This document shows positions 29,591-39,656 of a stretch of 64,000 nucleotides of DNA, in pieces. Where the stretch lies: IMG/VR virus record IMGVR_UViG_3300032086_003797, positions 64,001 to 128,000 of that record, one strand, 5' to 3'. The DNA comes from a virus. The notes beneath the pieces are model-generated. The model saw only the letters and a program-made list of their open reading frames with translations. It did not search any database and had not been told where the DNA came from. How positions within the stretch are numbered: position 1 is the first letter of the stretch; each line of letters opens with the position of its first letter. Both the position numbers and the translations under genes were made by a program.

Positions 29591-29595
29591 CATAT

Positions 29596-29672
29596 GGTCC
29601 AGTAGCTCAGTTGGATAGAGCAACGGTCTTCTAAACCGTGGGTCGCAGGTTCAAATCCTGCCTGGATCACCA
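29596..29672 (+). tRNA. tRNA-Arg(TCT)
   Basis: Cloverleaf, anticodon loop CT-TCT-AA, GGTTCAAATCC T-arm, encoded CCA. Confidence 0.95.
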
Positions 29673-29684
29673 AGGAGTTTTGAG

Positions 29685-30287
29685 ATGTTGAAAGTATTAG
29701 GGAAGTTGCCGAGGGAGTTAGTGGTCGCTGTTAGTGGTGGTCCTGATTCTATGGCTATTTTAGATTTCCTTAATAATAATCATAAGGTGACAGCATATTA
29801 TTTTGATCATGGCACAACATTCGGAGAAGAGGCGTACCATTTCCTTAAGAGCTACTGCGCAAGTAGAAAAATCCCATTTGTAACCAGCGTTTTATCAGAA
29901 TCTCGTCCAAGCGGCAAGTCACTTGAGGAACATTGGCGGGATGAACGCTATAAACGATTTCACGACTATAACCTACCCATCGTAACTGGGCATAATTTAG
30001 ACGATGTTATTGAATGGTTCCTGTTCTCATCTGTGCATGGTAAAGGAAAAGTTATTCCTTATCAAAATAAAAATGTTATCCGTCCTTTCCTATCTACCTC
30101 GAAGCAAAGCTTGATTGACTGGTGTACAAGAAAAGGTATTCCGTTTCTGACTGACCCTGGTAATAGTAACAGAAAATTTATGAGAAGTATTATCAGACAC
30201 GACATGATGCCTATCGTAGAAGAAATTAACCCAGGTATTCAAAAAACATTTAAAAAAATTGTAGAAAGCAGGTATAATAACATCTAA
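29685..30287 (+). CDS. tilS: tRNA(Ile)-lysidine synthase, N-terminal catalytic domain only
   Basis: AVSGGPDS PP-loop, R..RY, TGHNLDD..E, IRPFL, DPGN. Confidence 0.9.
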   Translation: MLKVLGKLPRELVVAVSGGPDSMAILDFLNNNHKVTAYYFDHGTTFGEEAYHFLKSYCASRKIPFVTSVLSESRPSGKSLEEHWRDERYKRFHDYNLPIVTGHNLDDVIEWFLFSSVHGKGKVIPYQNKNVIRPFLSTSKQSLIDWCTRKGIPFLTDPGNSNRKFMRSIIRHDMMPIVEEINPGIQKTFKKIVESRYNNI

Positions 30288-30296
30288 CAGCACTGT

Positions 30297-30373
30297 GGTC
30301 CACTAGCTCAATTGGTTAGAGCAACTGACTCATAATCAGTAGGTTCGAGGTTCGATCCCTCGGTGGACTACCA
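30297..30373 (+). tRNA. tRNA(CAT), probably tRNA-Ile2 (lysidine-modified)
   Basis: Anticodon CAT, C4:G69/C5:G68 pairs, no initiator features, adjacent tilS, encoded CCA. Confidence 0.85.
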
Positions 30374-30374
30374 T

Positions 30375-30450
30375 GCCCGAATGGCTCAATTGGTAGAGCA
30401 GCGGTTTTGTAAACCGAAGGTTGTAGGTTCAAGTCCTACTTTGGGCACCA
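30375..30450 (+). tRNA. tRNA-Thr(TGT)
   Basis: Cloverleaf, loop TT-TGT-AA, encoded CCA. Confidence 0.95.
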
Positions 30451-30458
30451 AGAACAAT

Positions 30459-30487
30459 AAGCTCCCGAAAGGGGGCTTTTTTGTTTT
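30459..30487 (+). terminator. Intrinsic terminator
   Basis: AAGCTCCC-GAAA-GGGGGCTT plus T-run. Confidence 0.85.
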
Positions 30488-30541
30488 ATATGCAGTCTAT
30501 TTATTTTGTATGCCTAATATAATAATACAGGACTTCTTTAT

Positions 30542-31405
30542 ATGACTGCTAAATTAGTTATCGGAAATGTAGACTTATTTCCCTTCAATGGTGATGCTGC
30601 TGTAACAGGCAACCTTGAAGTAAGTGGAGTATTAAACCTTTCAGAAGTTACTAGCGTTCCTGGCGCTCCTGCTTCTGGTACAGTGAAAATGTTCATGTCT
30701 GGTAATCAAATGTTTGCCAAGTTTCCAGACAGCACTTTAGTAAACATGTCAAGCTCTGGTCCAAATGTGACTAACGCTTCTGATAATAGGCTTATCACCT
30801 CAGTAGATTCGGATTCTTTTAACGGAGAAGCAAACCTAACCTTCGATGGCACAGATTTAGAACTTACAGGTGCTCTAAACGTATCAGGCAATATACTAGT
30901 ATCTAACGACGTCACAACAGGATCTCAAGCAGGACCTGGGAGCTTCTTAGCATTAGACGCAAATAATAAGATAATATTGACAGAGGGCGGCGGCTCAGTA
31001 ACAATAGCGAATGATGCTAACAACAGGATTACTACTGCTGGTGGCGATGGCTCTATCAACGGTGAGGCAAACTTAACCTTTGATGGCAACAAGCTTGTTA
31101 TCAATGCTGGTTTGGTTCTAAATAGAAGAGCTATTACCTCGACCGTCACGGCTTCGGAGACAGATTATTATCTTGCTATTAGGGCTGCTGATGATTTGGA
31201 TATTAGGCTGCCCGATGCATCCAGCTTAACAGAGGGACAAACGTTTGTATTGAAAGATGAACTAGGCACGTCTCCGTCGCATAATGTCGCTATCTCCGCA
31301 TCAGGTGTTCAAACAATTGATGGTAAGAATTTTATTCTTTTGAACTCCCCTTTTGCTGCTATCCACCTATATACAAATGGTAGCAATGGTTATTTTATAT
31401 ACTAA
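30542..31405 (+). CDS. Virion fibre/structural protein
   Basis: Repeated N..NR..T.......NGEANLTFDG; shared C-terminal domain. Confidence 0.7.
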   Translation: MTAKLVIGNVDLFPFNGDAAVTGNLEVSGVLNLSEVTSVPGAPASGTVKMFMSGNQMFAKFPDSTLVNMSSSGPNVTNASDNRLITSVDSDSFNGEANLTFDGTDLELTGALNVSGNILVSNDVTTGSQAGPGSFLALDANNKIILTEGGGSVTIANDANNRITTAGGDGSINGEANLTFDGNKLVINAGLVLNRRAITSTVTASETDYYLAIRAADDLDIRLPDASSLTEGQTFVLKDELGTSPSHNVAISASGVQTIDGKNFILLNSPFAAIHLYTNGSNGYFIY

Positions 31406-31552
31406 CCAAAATAGGTTCTGATATAACAACACATTATAGGTTATCATGGTTACATGAACTGATTAGCGTACCCAAACAACGCTGACAAAATTAGTTTATA
31501 AAAATGTTTTTTAGATAATAAGTTTTTCTCATTTCTTAGGAGGAAAATATAA

Positions 31553-33913
31553 ATGGCTTATAAATTTCAATCAGGACTCGCTCGCCTCGGCGGCGAAGTC
31601 CACATGGATTCAGCCCTATTAGTTTCTGGTTCAGTCAACTTGGCAGACAAGTCGCTACCCATAGCAGACTTGGATGTCAATGAAGGAACCAATTTAGGTC
31701 CAAATGCAGCACACACGGATGAGCTTATCATTCATGATGCTGATGCGGACGCTACTAAAAAGATTAGAGTTGTCGATCTTGGACAATATCTATCAGGTTC
31801 AGATCCAACTTTCTTGCAGGTCAACCAAGCAACACAGGCAGCTTCTGGTTCATTCAGAGTTGTTGGTCACAGCATCTCTGGTAGTGCTGCTCTAGAAGTT
31901 GTTGGACAAAGTTTCTTACAGGGTAAAGTCAATGCATCTGGTGCTATTGAAGCCGAAGGCTCCATTACTGCTGGATCTAGCTTTATCATTGGTAGTGCTG
32001 ATCTCAATGAAGCTGATATGGAGAAGTTGGATGGTATCACTAATGGTACTGTTGCGGCCTCCAAGGCTGTCGTTGTAAATGCTACTAAAGATGCTACTAG
32101 CTTCAACAGCTTAACTGCTGTTGCTGTTACTGGTTCGGTCAGCGTTAGCTCACCATCAGGTTCAATCACCGATCTTTTTGTTGGTGATGATCTAGAGGTT
32201 AAAGGCAATTTGATTAGTCATGCTGCTAATACCGCTCATGGTGTTGCTACTCACCATGCTAATGTTAACGTCACTGGTACGATTGGTGCAACTCACGTTG
32301 TTGCAACAGGTCTATCTGCTTCGGCTGCCGTCTCTGGTCTTACTCTAGACATTGAGTCTACTGCAAATGTTGCAGGTGTTCTCACTGCTGGCGGTCTTAC
32401 CGTTGGTAGTGCTGAGATGAACGAAGCTGACCTTGAGAAGCTTGACGGTATCACTAATGGTACTGTTGCAGCTAACAAGGCTGTCGTTGTAGATGGTAAC
32501 AAGGATGCAGGTGGTTTCCGTAACATCACTGCTGTGCAAATCGGTCATGCAGATGATGCTGATTTGTTGACATTGGCTGATGGCAAGCTCACCATTAAGG
32601 GTGACGTGGATATCCAAGGTGCCTTCAACCGTATCACCACCAACGCAACAGAATTGGCTGTTGAAGATGTTCGCATCATCATTGGTAGTGGTTCAGCAGG
32701 TGCTTCGCAGCTAGACGGCGGTGGTATCTTCTTCGGAAGTCCTGGCGCTGGTAAAGCAATTGCAGAAATTGCTTTCAATGATGCTGCTGAAGATGAATTG
32801 ATCTTTGCTTTCTCTGGTAGTGAAGCAATGAAGATTGACTCTGGTGGTGATCTTACTGTTCAGGGTGATGGTACAGTCGAAGGTGCATTGTCTGGTGCTG
32901 CTGGTACATTTGATGCACTAGCTGGTACAAGCTTGGCACTTCAAGGTGGTGGCATTAGTGCTGCTGGTAATGTTGCTGGCGTTGGAACTATTGGTGCCAG
33001 CGGTCTTGCATCGCTTGATGGCGGGATCAATGTTAACGATGATTTCACTGTTGATGCTAATGGTGCAGTTGTTGCTGTTGGTGTTAATGCTGGTGGTGCT
33101 GTTACTGGGGTCACAAACTTTTCAGGCTCTGGTGGAATGTCGATAGGTTCTGTTACTGCTGGAATATTGGGTGACGGTGTATTGGCAATAGCAAGTGGTT
33201 CGATTACCTCATTGGTTGGCATGTCTGGCTCTGGTCAGGCAGCCTTCGGTTCAGTTAATGGTGAGCTTCTTACAGATGGAAATCTCATTATTGCTAGTGG
33301 TACTATCAGCCAGGCGGTCAATATGTCTGGTTCAGGTGCGCTCAACATGGGCTCAATGATAGGTGAATTGATTAGTGATGGTACTGTTACTATAGCTAGT
33401 GGTGCCATTGGTAGTGCAGCTAGCGTTGGGACTGTTGCATTAGCAGTTAGTCAAACGGGTACTCTTGCTCGTGTCAAACCAACGTCGATGCAATATAATC
33501 TTGCCAGCTTCGGTTCGGGCTCAGGTCCACAAGAAGTAGCAGGTCTGGCATCTGGTATGCTTCACCTTCTAACAGCATCCGCTGCCACCCAAACGACGTT
33601 TGGTGGTATCCCAGAGGGCGCTGGGGCAATGTTTACAGGCACTCTCCAGGTTGGATCTCCAGCCTCATTCGCAACAGTCACCATGACTGGTTCAGAATGT
33701 GTTAAACTGTTTGTGCCTAACCTTGCGACAAGTGATGCAGGATATACTGTTTCAATTAAGAAACAGGGTCTTGGCGAAGGTCAGTTGGTCCTAACCGCAT
33801 CTGCTGCTGCTGGTAATGTTGCGTTTGATGGTGTCCTAACGGAACTAACACTATCATCCCCAATGGCTGCTGTCAACTTGGTGTGGACTGGAGTTGGCTA
33901 CAACATCTACTAA
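31553..33913 (+). CDS. Large Gly/Ser/Ala-rich fibre-like virion protein
   Basis: Many SGS motifs, internal 35-aa duplication, AGGAGG RBS. Confidence 0.75.
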   Translation: MAYKFQSGLARLGGEVHMDSALLVSGSVNLADKSLPIADLDVNEGTNLGPNAAHTDELIIHDADADATKKIRVVDLGQYLSGSDPTFLQVNQATQAASGSFRVVGHSISGSAALEVVGQSFLQGKVNASGAIEAEGSITAGSSFIIGSADLNEADMEKLDGITNGTVAASKAVVVNATKDATSFNSLTAVAVTGSVSVSSPSGSITDLFVGDDLEVKGNLISHAANTAHGVATHHANVNVTGTIGATHVVATGLSASAAVSGLTLDIESTANVAGVLTAGGLTVGSAEMNEADLEKLDGITNGTVAANKAVVVDGNKDAGGFRNITAVQIGHADDADLLTLADGKLTIKGDVDIQGAFNRITTNATELAVEDVRIIIGSGSAGASQLDGGGIFFGSPGAGKAIAEIAFNDAAEDELIFAFSGSEAMKIDSGGDLTVQGDGTVEGALSGAAGTFDALAGTSLALQGGGISAAGNVAGVGTIGASGLASLDGGINVNDDFTVDANGAVVAVGVNAGGAVTGVTNFSGSGGMSIGSVTAGILGDGVLAIASGSITSLVGMSGSGQAAFGSVNGELLTDGNLIIASGTISQAVNMSGSGALNMGSMIGELISDGTVTIASGAIGSAASVGTVALAVSQTGTLARVKPTSMQYNLASFGSGSGPQEVAGLASGMLHLLTASAATQTTFGGIPEGAGAMFTGTLQVGSPASFATVTMTGSECVKLFVPNLATSDAGYTVSIKKQGLGEGQLVLTASAAAGNVAFDGVLTELTLSSPMAAVNLVWTGVGYNIY
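31991..32509 (+). repeat. Intragenic duplication (~105 nt; 31991-32095 and 32405-32509)
   Basis: GSA..NEAD.EKLDGITNGTVAA.KAVVV...KDA twice, 414 nt apart. Confidence 0.85.
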
Positions 33914-33947
33914 TATTTTGTAGAAGGTTATATAAAGTTTGCTACCT

Positions 33948-33979
33948 CAAAGGGGACACTTCGGTGTCCCCTTTGTTTT
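33948..33979 (+). terminator. Intrinsic terminator
   Basis: CAAAGGGGACAC-TTCG-GTGTCCCCTTTG. Confidence 0.9.
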
Positions 33980-34013
33980 ATGTGAAACTACTTATAAAGC
34001 AGAGGGTTTTATA

Positions 34014-35072
34014 ATGGCATATAAATGGAGTGTAGGTCAAGGCGAGCAAGGAGATATTGTTTACTCCTCTGATCTTGATCAAGACACAAAAATAGACTTT
34101 GAAGAAGATGTAATAAAATTAGTAGCCAATGGTACAGAATATGTGACTGTCACCACTGGTAGCACTAATATTGAATTAGCTGGTGATGTTAGTATTGATG
34201 GTGCTGTTGTTTTCAACGAATCAAGCGCAGATAAAGATTTCCGAGTAGAAAGCAATAATGCCGAAAATATGTTTTTTATTGACGGCGCTAACAATCGTAT
34301 TGGTGTTGGTACTAACCAGCCGCTTTTTTCATTTGATATCCAAGAGCGAACAGGTGTTGAAGCATGTATTCGCCTAAAAGGTTCTGCTGATGTTGGAATC
34401 AGATTAGCCGCTGACAGTGATAACTCAGGAGAGAATGACAACCCATATATTGATTGGTATCAAGACGGGCAGAACTCCAATTCTAGAGCAAATCGCCTGG
34501 CTAGTATTGCTATGGAGGGTGACGCAAATGCTTCATTTACCGATTCTCTTGCAAACGCTTTCTTCCTTAATGCTCACTGTCCTAACGCTGCTGGTGCCCG
34601 TCCGTTTCAAATAGCAACTGATCAAACCAATGGCACTAATAAAGCCCGCATCACTATCGAGGGTAGCAATGGTTATGTTGGTGTTCATACAAATAGTCCA
34701 TCAACCGAGATGGAAGTTATAGGAACAACCAAGTCAGACTTTTTTGCAACCGATGTAACAGAACAAGATCTTGGTAGTGGAACCAGTAGCACCCTTTCTA
34801 CAACTTCAGGTCTTGTGCTATTAGATGCAGATTCTATCAATGGCACTGAAATAGGTGGACAAGAAATGCATATATTGACATTTCCAACACCCAGTGTTTC
34901 TGGTCAGAGACTTACAATCATTGCAAAAAATGCCAGTACTAATAATACTATGATTATGCCATCAGGATTAATAAGTGGATCATTTAGTGGATTAGCAGAT
35001 TCAATGGGTGTATCTGTTCTGTCGTTTGTTTGGGTTAGCGTGAGCGGACATGCCGCCTGGTATCAAGTATAA
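34014..35072 (+). CDS. Fibre-like virion protein
   Basis: Starts MAYKW (cf. MAYKF); RIGVGTNQP and YVGVHTNSP fibre-type repeats. Confidence 0.7.
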   Translation: MAYKWSVGQGEQGDIVYSSDLDQDTKIDFEEDVIKLVANGTEYVTVTTGSTNIELAGDVSIDGAVVFNESSADKDFRVESNNAENMFFIDGANNRIGVGTNQPLFSFDIQERTGVEACIRLKGSADVGIRLAADSDNSGENDNPYIDWYQDGQNSNSRANRLASIAMEGDANASFTDSLANAFFLNAHCPNAAGARPFQIATDQTNGTNKARITIEGSNGYVGVHTNSPSTEMEVIGTTKSDFFATDVTEQDLGSGTSSTLSTTSGLVLLDADSINGTEIGGQEMHILTFPTPSVSGQRLTIIAKNASTNNTMIMPSGLISGSFSGLADSMGVSVLSFVWVSVSGHAAWYQV

Positions 35073-36019
35073 TGTCAGTCGATCTAATCGATAGTTTGAT
35101 AGCTAGCGGCAGCCTACCAAGAGCCATAGGTATGGTCGACGGCGGCGGTGTAATCACCAGAATACAAGATATAAAAGAAGAATTTGATGAAGGTGTATGT
35201 GGACCTATCCCAACCCGTGTTACCGCTTTCGGCGCTGGCGGTCTCAAGCAACCTCCTAGAAATGCAGCTTATGTAGTACAGGAGGGCGGCGTTGTTCCCT
35301 CTGGAGTCGATGAGGTAAGAGAGAATAAGGTAAGAAGATTTACTGGTGGTCCTGCACCAATGCCAAACGAGAAACTATTACACTTGATTGCTGAGGATCT
35401 TAGTTTTGACGTAACAGACGAATCTCCGATTACGGTTTCGTGGGCTGATAGCAGCGGTCAATGCGAAAATATCATAGCGCCAGATGTAGATGCAAGTCCA
35501 AATTATAATAAGCATTTACTTAACGGATTTTCAACAATAGAATTTGATGATGAGCGAGCATATTTTGAATGCAACTCGCCGCCTGATGCTTTGAAATCCC
35601 TAAAGCATAAATCACTTTATATTGTTATGAAATATTCTGTTGATGATATGGAAGATTCACCTGATGTTAATGACTTTGGTGATGTAGATTCTCATAGTAT
35701 GGCTGTATCAGCTAGCTCAACACATAACAATATCATAAAGGATAAGTTTTGTGCTTATGCTATTAAAATTGACGACAATGTATCTTTCTATAGGGCAACA
35801 TCAAATGATATCGGATCTTTTACTTCTAACTTAGTTTCTAGTGAAACTGATCAAGGTGACGATTTCGCTATAATACCAGTTACAGATGGACAATTTATAA
35901 CAAGCCCGCAAGTTGCTGAAATTATTATTTACAACAACTGTCATGATGGAACGCAGATTGGGAGCGTACTGAAATATCTATTTTGTAAATACGCTTTATT
36001 ATCCACCGCTGAAGTATAA
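35072..36019 (+). CDS. Hypothetical protein, possible LamG/ConA-like domain
   Basis: SWADSSG..LNG..FDD..VAEIIIYN..YL..KY. Confidence 0.55.
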   Translation: MSVDLIDSLIASGSLPRAIGMVDGGGVITRIQDIKEEFDEGVCGPIPTRVTAFGAGGLKQPPRNAAYVVQEGGVVPSGVDEVRENKVRRFTGGPAPMPNEKLLHLIAEDLSFDVTDESPITVSWADSSGQCENIIAPDVDASPNYNKHLLNGFSTIEFDDERAYFECNSPPDALKSLKHKSLYIVMKYSVDDMEDSPDVNDFGDVDSHSMAVSASSTHNNIIKDKFCAYAIKIDDNVSFYRATSNDIGSFTSNLVSSETDQGDDFAIIPVTDGQFITSPQVAEIIIYNNCHDGTQIGSVLKYLFCKYALLSTAEV

Positions 36020-36060
36020 AAACATACAACATATTTTATGGAGACTATTTAATAACGACT

Positions 36061-37131
36061 ATGGCTAAAAAGAAACATCAAATTGTATTTAACTATCCAC
36101 CACCTTTTCCGCACGACGGCGATGCGGAGATCAATGGTAATTTAGAAGCTAATAATGCTAGCTTGAAAAATATTAAGGCGTCTACTTTGGGCGCAATTTC
36201 AGTCTGTGGTGAAACAGTGATTGCAACCGATAGGATGACAACTAAATCTATTTCGATATGTGATGATACAGGCTTTGCAGATGGTCATTCCAAATTGCAT
36301 GTTGATGGCTGTATCTCACTATCTCCTATTAGTGAGGTGCCAGAAGGTAGAACTTTCAAGAATGGCTACTTGTTTGACAAAGATGGTAATCTGCACTATA
36401 AAAGGCTAGATGATACCGTTGTGATTTTATCTGAATGTATTACAATGTTAGAATCAGACGGTAAGGGAACTAAGTTATTCACAGATGATGGAAAAAAACT
36501 AAAAACTATTACAGCTAAAGATGGCATCGATGTATCTGAAGGTCCCGATAATATACAGATCTCTTTAGCAAATCAAGTCGATTCCGCTGCTAACTTAGGA
36601 TCTGTAGGTGAAGGTGTTTTTTCGGCTGTCAATGGTAGAACCGCTTTATTCAAAAAAATAGCAGGTGGCGAAAATATAGAGCTTGGCTCGTCTGGTAAAA
36701 CAATTACTGTCTCGTATTCAGGCAGAGGGTTTATCAGACTCATGTCATCTGAACTTGTGAGGGATAAAAAACAGTACTCCAATGTTATATGGAGCACTCA
36801 AGGTGGGTACAGTAATGCACACGTTGATATTAAACCAAATAGCAAAAACCCCTATGCTGGTATAAACTTACAAATAACTAATTTAAGAGAAGGTCAAGAA
36901 TATACTCTTTATGTTACTAATAAAAGTAGAAAAGTTTGTAGACCTTTCTCTGATATGGTGGTATACTATGGATATGGTAATGTTGTAACAGATAAAAAAG
37001 CCTCTAAAATAATAGGGGTAGAAGATATAAAAATTGGACCAAATGAAGTAGGTATTGTCAAGATGGTTTCTACTATTGAGGATAGCGCACCATGGTCATT
37101 TTATATCGATAAAGTTAGCAAGCTAATATAA
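36061..37131 (+). CDS. Putative structural/fibre protein
   Basis: AANLGSVGEGVF..FKKIAGGENI type repeats. Confidence 0.55.
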   Translation: MAKKKHQIVFNYPPPFPHDGDAEINGNLEANNASLKNIKASTLGAISVCGETVIATDRMTTKSISICDDTGFADGHSKLHVDGCISLSPISEVPEGRTFKNGYLFDKDGNLHYKRLDDTVVILSECITMLESDGKGTKLFTDDGKKLKTITAKDGIDVSEGPDNIQISLANQVDSAANLGSVGEGVFSAVNGRTALFKKIAGGENIELGSSGKTITVSYSGRGFIRLMSSELVRDKKQYSNVIWSTQGGYSNAHVDIKPNSKNPYAGINLQITNLREGQEYTLYVTNKSRKVCRPFSDMVVYYGYGNVVTDKKASKIIGVEDIKIGPNEVGIVKMVSTIEDSAPWSFYIDKVSKLI

Positions 37132-37376
37132 GGAGAACAAAATGGGTAGCTTTGTAAAATGGCAGGGTAGATTAATAGAGGCGATTATTGATAATAATCA
37201 AGATGTAATCGATTATTGCAAGAAGATATTTCCTAAGAATGAAGAAGGTAACCCTGGTGTCTTATACGAGGAAACCGTTGCAAATGCTAAGGTTGAACTT
37301 GAAAAAAGAAAACTAAAAAGAAAGAGCAAAACTCCCAAAAAAACGTCTAATACCAAACCTAGGAGCAGGAAAAAAA

Positions 37377-37634
37377 ATGAGCCTACTAAACAAGATAACT
37401 AAAAGTTTCTTGCTAAATGAGGACTTTAGTGCTAGCAACTATTCGTATTCATTACAAGCTATAGAAGATAATCTAAAATCTATTAGAGTTTCCTCTAAGA
37501 AAGACAAAAATCGTATATCTCTAGCTTTGGAGCAGACAAGAAAAATGAAGTCTCACCTCCGTAGGCTTGAGGAGAAAATTAACCACTTAGAAGAGCAGCT
37601 TCAGGTTTTAAACGAGGATTCAGGAGATAAGTAA
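37377..37634 (+). CDS. Small coiled-coil hypothetical protein
   Basis: ORF packing; LLNE/VLNE motifs. Confidence 0.6.
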   Translation: MSLLNKITKSFLLNEDFSASNYSYSLQAIEDNLKSIRVSSKKDKNRISLALEQTRKMKSHLRRLEEKINHLEEQLQVLNEDSGDK

Positions 37635-39649
37635 TGGGTGGTGTAGGCGGACACTTGAATCATCTTTATGATGATAGAAGTATGACTTTTGATAAGATGA
37701 TGGATATCATCGATGCCGCAAGTCAAGGAAAACTCCAAGCTGAGGAAAAAGTTGATGGACAAAATTTGTTCATCTCCTGGTCTGAGGAAAGACAGATATC
37801 TCTAGCCGCTAGAAATAAAGGAAATCTCAAACAAGGGGGCATGGACGCTGCTGGGTTAGCTACTAAATTTGCAGGTCGAGGACCTATCGAGAAAGCTTAT
37901 AATGAAGCATTTGACACATTCGATGCCGCTGTCAAAAGTATCAGCCCTGAAGATAGGGTAAAGATATTTGGTCAAGATGCTACAAAGTGGTATAACATTG
38001 AAGTTATGTCCCCAGAGAATCCCAATGTTATTCTTTATGATAAGAAGATACTAAAGATCCATTCGGACGGTCACAAGATCCTTGATGATAATAAAGCACC
38101 ACAAAATTATGATGCTGCTAGTGATGGATCTCTTCAGACATTAGATGCCAACCTAAAGAAGATGCAAGACGCTGCGAAGGGTAAAGAATTTGAAATAGCT
38201 AGAAAGGCAACACTAAAGCTAAAAGCATTGTCATCTGATAAAGCAGCAACTAGAGCTAAAACCGAGATCAATAATGCTCTTTCGTCAATCGGATTGAATA
38301 GTGATGTCTCGGTTGAGGGTTACCTCAGAAAGAGGTTATCCAATATCCTAGATGAGCAGGCTAAAGAATTACCAGAGGAAAAAAGGTCTGGTATGGTTGC
38401 TCGTATTCTGCGTTTAGAAGGTTTCCCTAATCTAACTAAGATCAAGAAGGGGTTGACACCAGAACAGAAAGAGACTGTTAGTCAGATGTCTGAGCCTGTT
38501 ATTGTCAAGCAAATGATGGCTAATGCTATTCAACCTATCGAATTAGCTATCCATGAGTTTGCTGTGGAAGTACTAAAGACAGTTCAAAGTGTTTTTATCT
38601 TAGATCCCCGAGAAGAAGTTAACAGATTACGATCAGTTCTATCCAAAACTGTGACTGACCTTGAAGCTATGGCTACCGATGGTTCTATTTCGGCAGAAGA
38701 AATGGACGCTGTTAGAATCCAACTTCGGAAGATTGGCGGCTTAGATCGTGTAACCACTAGTGCTGAGGGTTTAGTATTTGTAGTGGATGGTATGCTTTAT
38801 AAGTTCACTGGTAACTTCGCTCCTATCAATCAAGTGTTAGGTATATTGAAATATGGTAGGATCAAAACAAATGTTGCAAAAGAAAACATTCTTAGAAATT
38901 TCGATAACATTATAACTGAAGTCATCGAAACTGTTAATGAAGCAGACCCTAACGGTAAAAGAGTTGCATTTGTCCCAGGGGCATTTAAGCCTCCCCATGC
39001 TGGTCATTACCTTGGTGCTAAATCATTTGCTGAGATGGAAGACATCGATGAGGTTAGAGTACTTATCTCACCTAGCACTCGTGATGGTATCACAGTAAAT
39101 CAGTCTAAGAAAATCTGGGAATTATATATAAAGAATGACCCTGATAAGAATGTAAAGAAAATAAATCTAATTGTTCCACCCGCATCCCCAGTCAGGTATG
39201 TATACGATATGATTGAAGATAAAAAACAATTCAAGCCTGGTGATTCACTGGTGCTTGGTCAGGGTGAAAAAGAAAGCGGGAAGGCTGCTGAAAAGTTAGC
39301 TTCATTTGCAGAGCGAAAAAATCCTGGTGTTAATGTTGAATACGTTAAAACAAAGATGTATGCAAGTGGTGTCACAGGTACCCAGATGCGGGAGCTAGTA
39401 TTAGCTAACAATGAAAAGGAATTCAAAAAACATTTACCAGACTTTATCCGCAAAAATGATGATCTAGCAGACCAAGCTTGGAGTATAGCTACTGGAGTAA
39501 ATGAGTTACAAATGATCGATGATGCTATCGATGAAATGGTGACCACACATTCTGTTGGTGGATATGGGGCTCCTTTGGGCATATATACTAGCAGTAAAAA
39601 CTCAAAAAGAAAAAAGAAGAAAAAGACAACTAAATCAAAACGGAGATAG
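37634..39649 (+). CDS. Fusion: ligase-fold (KxDG, DUF6267-like) domain + cytidyltransferase-like domain
   Basis: HLNHLYD, EEKVDGQN, EGLVF, YKFTG; C-terminal PGAFKPPHAGH and VTGTQMR. Confidence 0.75.
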   Translation: MGGVGGHLNHLYDDRSMTFDKMMDIIDAASQGKLQAEEKVDGQNLFISWSEERQISLAARNKGNLKQGGMDAAGLATKFAGRGPIEKAYNEAFDTFDAAVKSISPEDRVKIFGQDATKWYNIEVMSPENPNVILYDKKILKIHSDGHKILDDNKAPQNYDAASDGSLQTLDANLKKMQDAAKGKEFEIARKATLKLKALSSDKAATRAKTEINNALSSIGLNSDVSVEGYLRKRLSNILDEQAKELPEEKRSGMVARILRLEGFPNLTKIKKGLTPEQKETVSQMSEPVIVKQMMANAIQPIELAIHEFAVEVLKTVQSVFILDPREEVNRLRSVLSKTVTDLEAMATDGSISAEEMDAVRIQLRKIGGLDRVTTSAEGLVFVVDGMLYKFTGNFAPINQVLGILKYGRIKTNVAKENILRNFDNIITEVIETVNEADPNGKRVAFVPGAFKPPHAGHYLGAKSFAEMEDIDEVRVLISPSTRDGITVNQSKKIWELYIKNDPDKNVKKINLIVPPASPVRYVYDMIEDKKQFKPGDSLVLGQGEKESGKAAEKLASFAERKNPGVNVEYVKTKMYASGVTGTQMRELVLANNEKEFKKHLPDFIRKNDDLADQAWSIATGVNELQMIDDAIDEMVTTHSVGGYGAPLGIYTSSKNSKRKKKKKTTKSKRR

Positions 39650-39656
39650 TTATAGT

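Noticed and set aside
30363-30545. 60-aa ORF
   Set aside because: Overlaps tRNA-Thr and its terminator
33939-34013. N-terminal extension of the 377-aa ORF
   Set aside because: Crosses a terminator; MAYKW at 34014 is the better start
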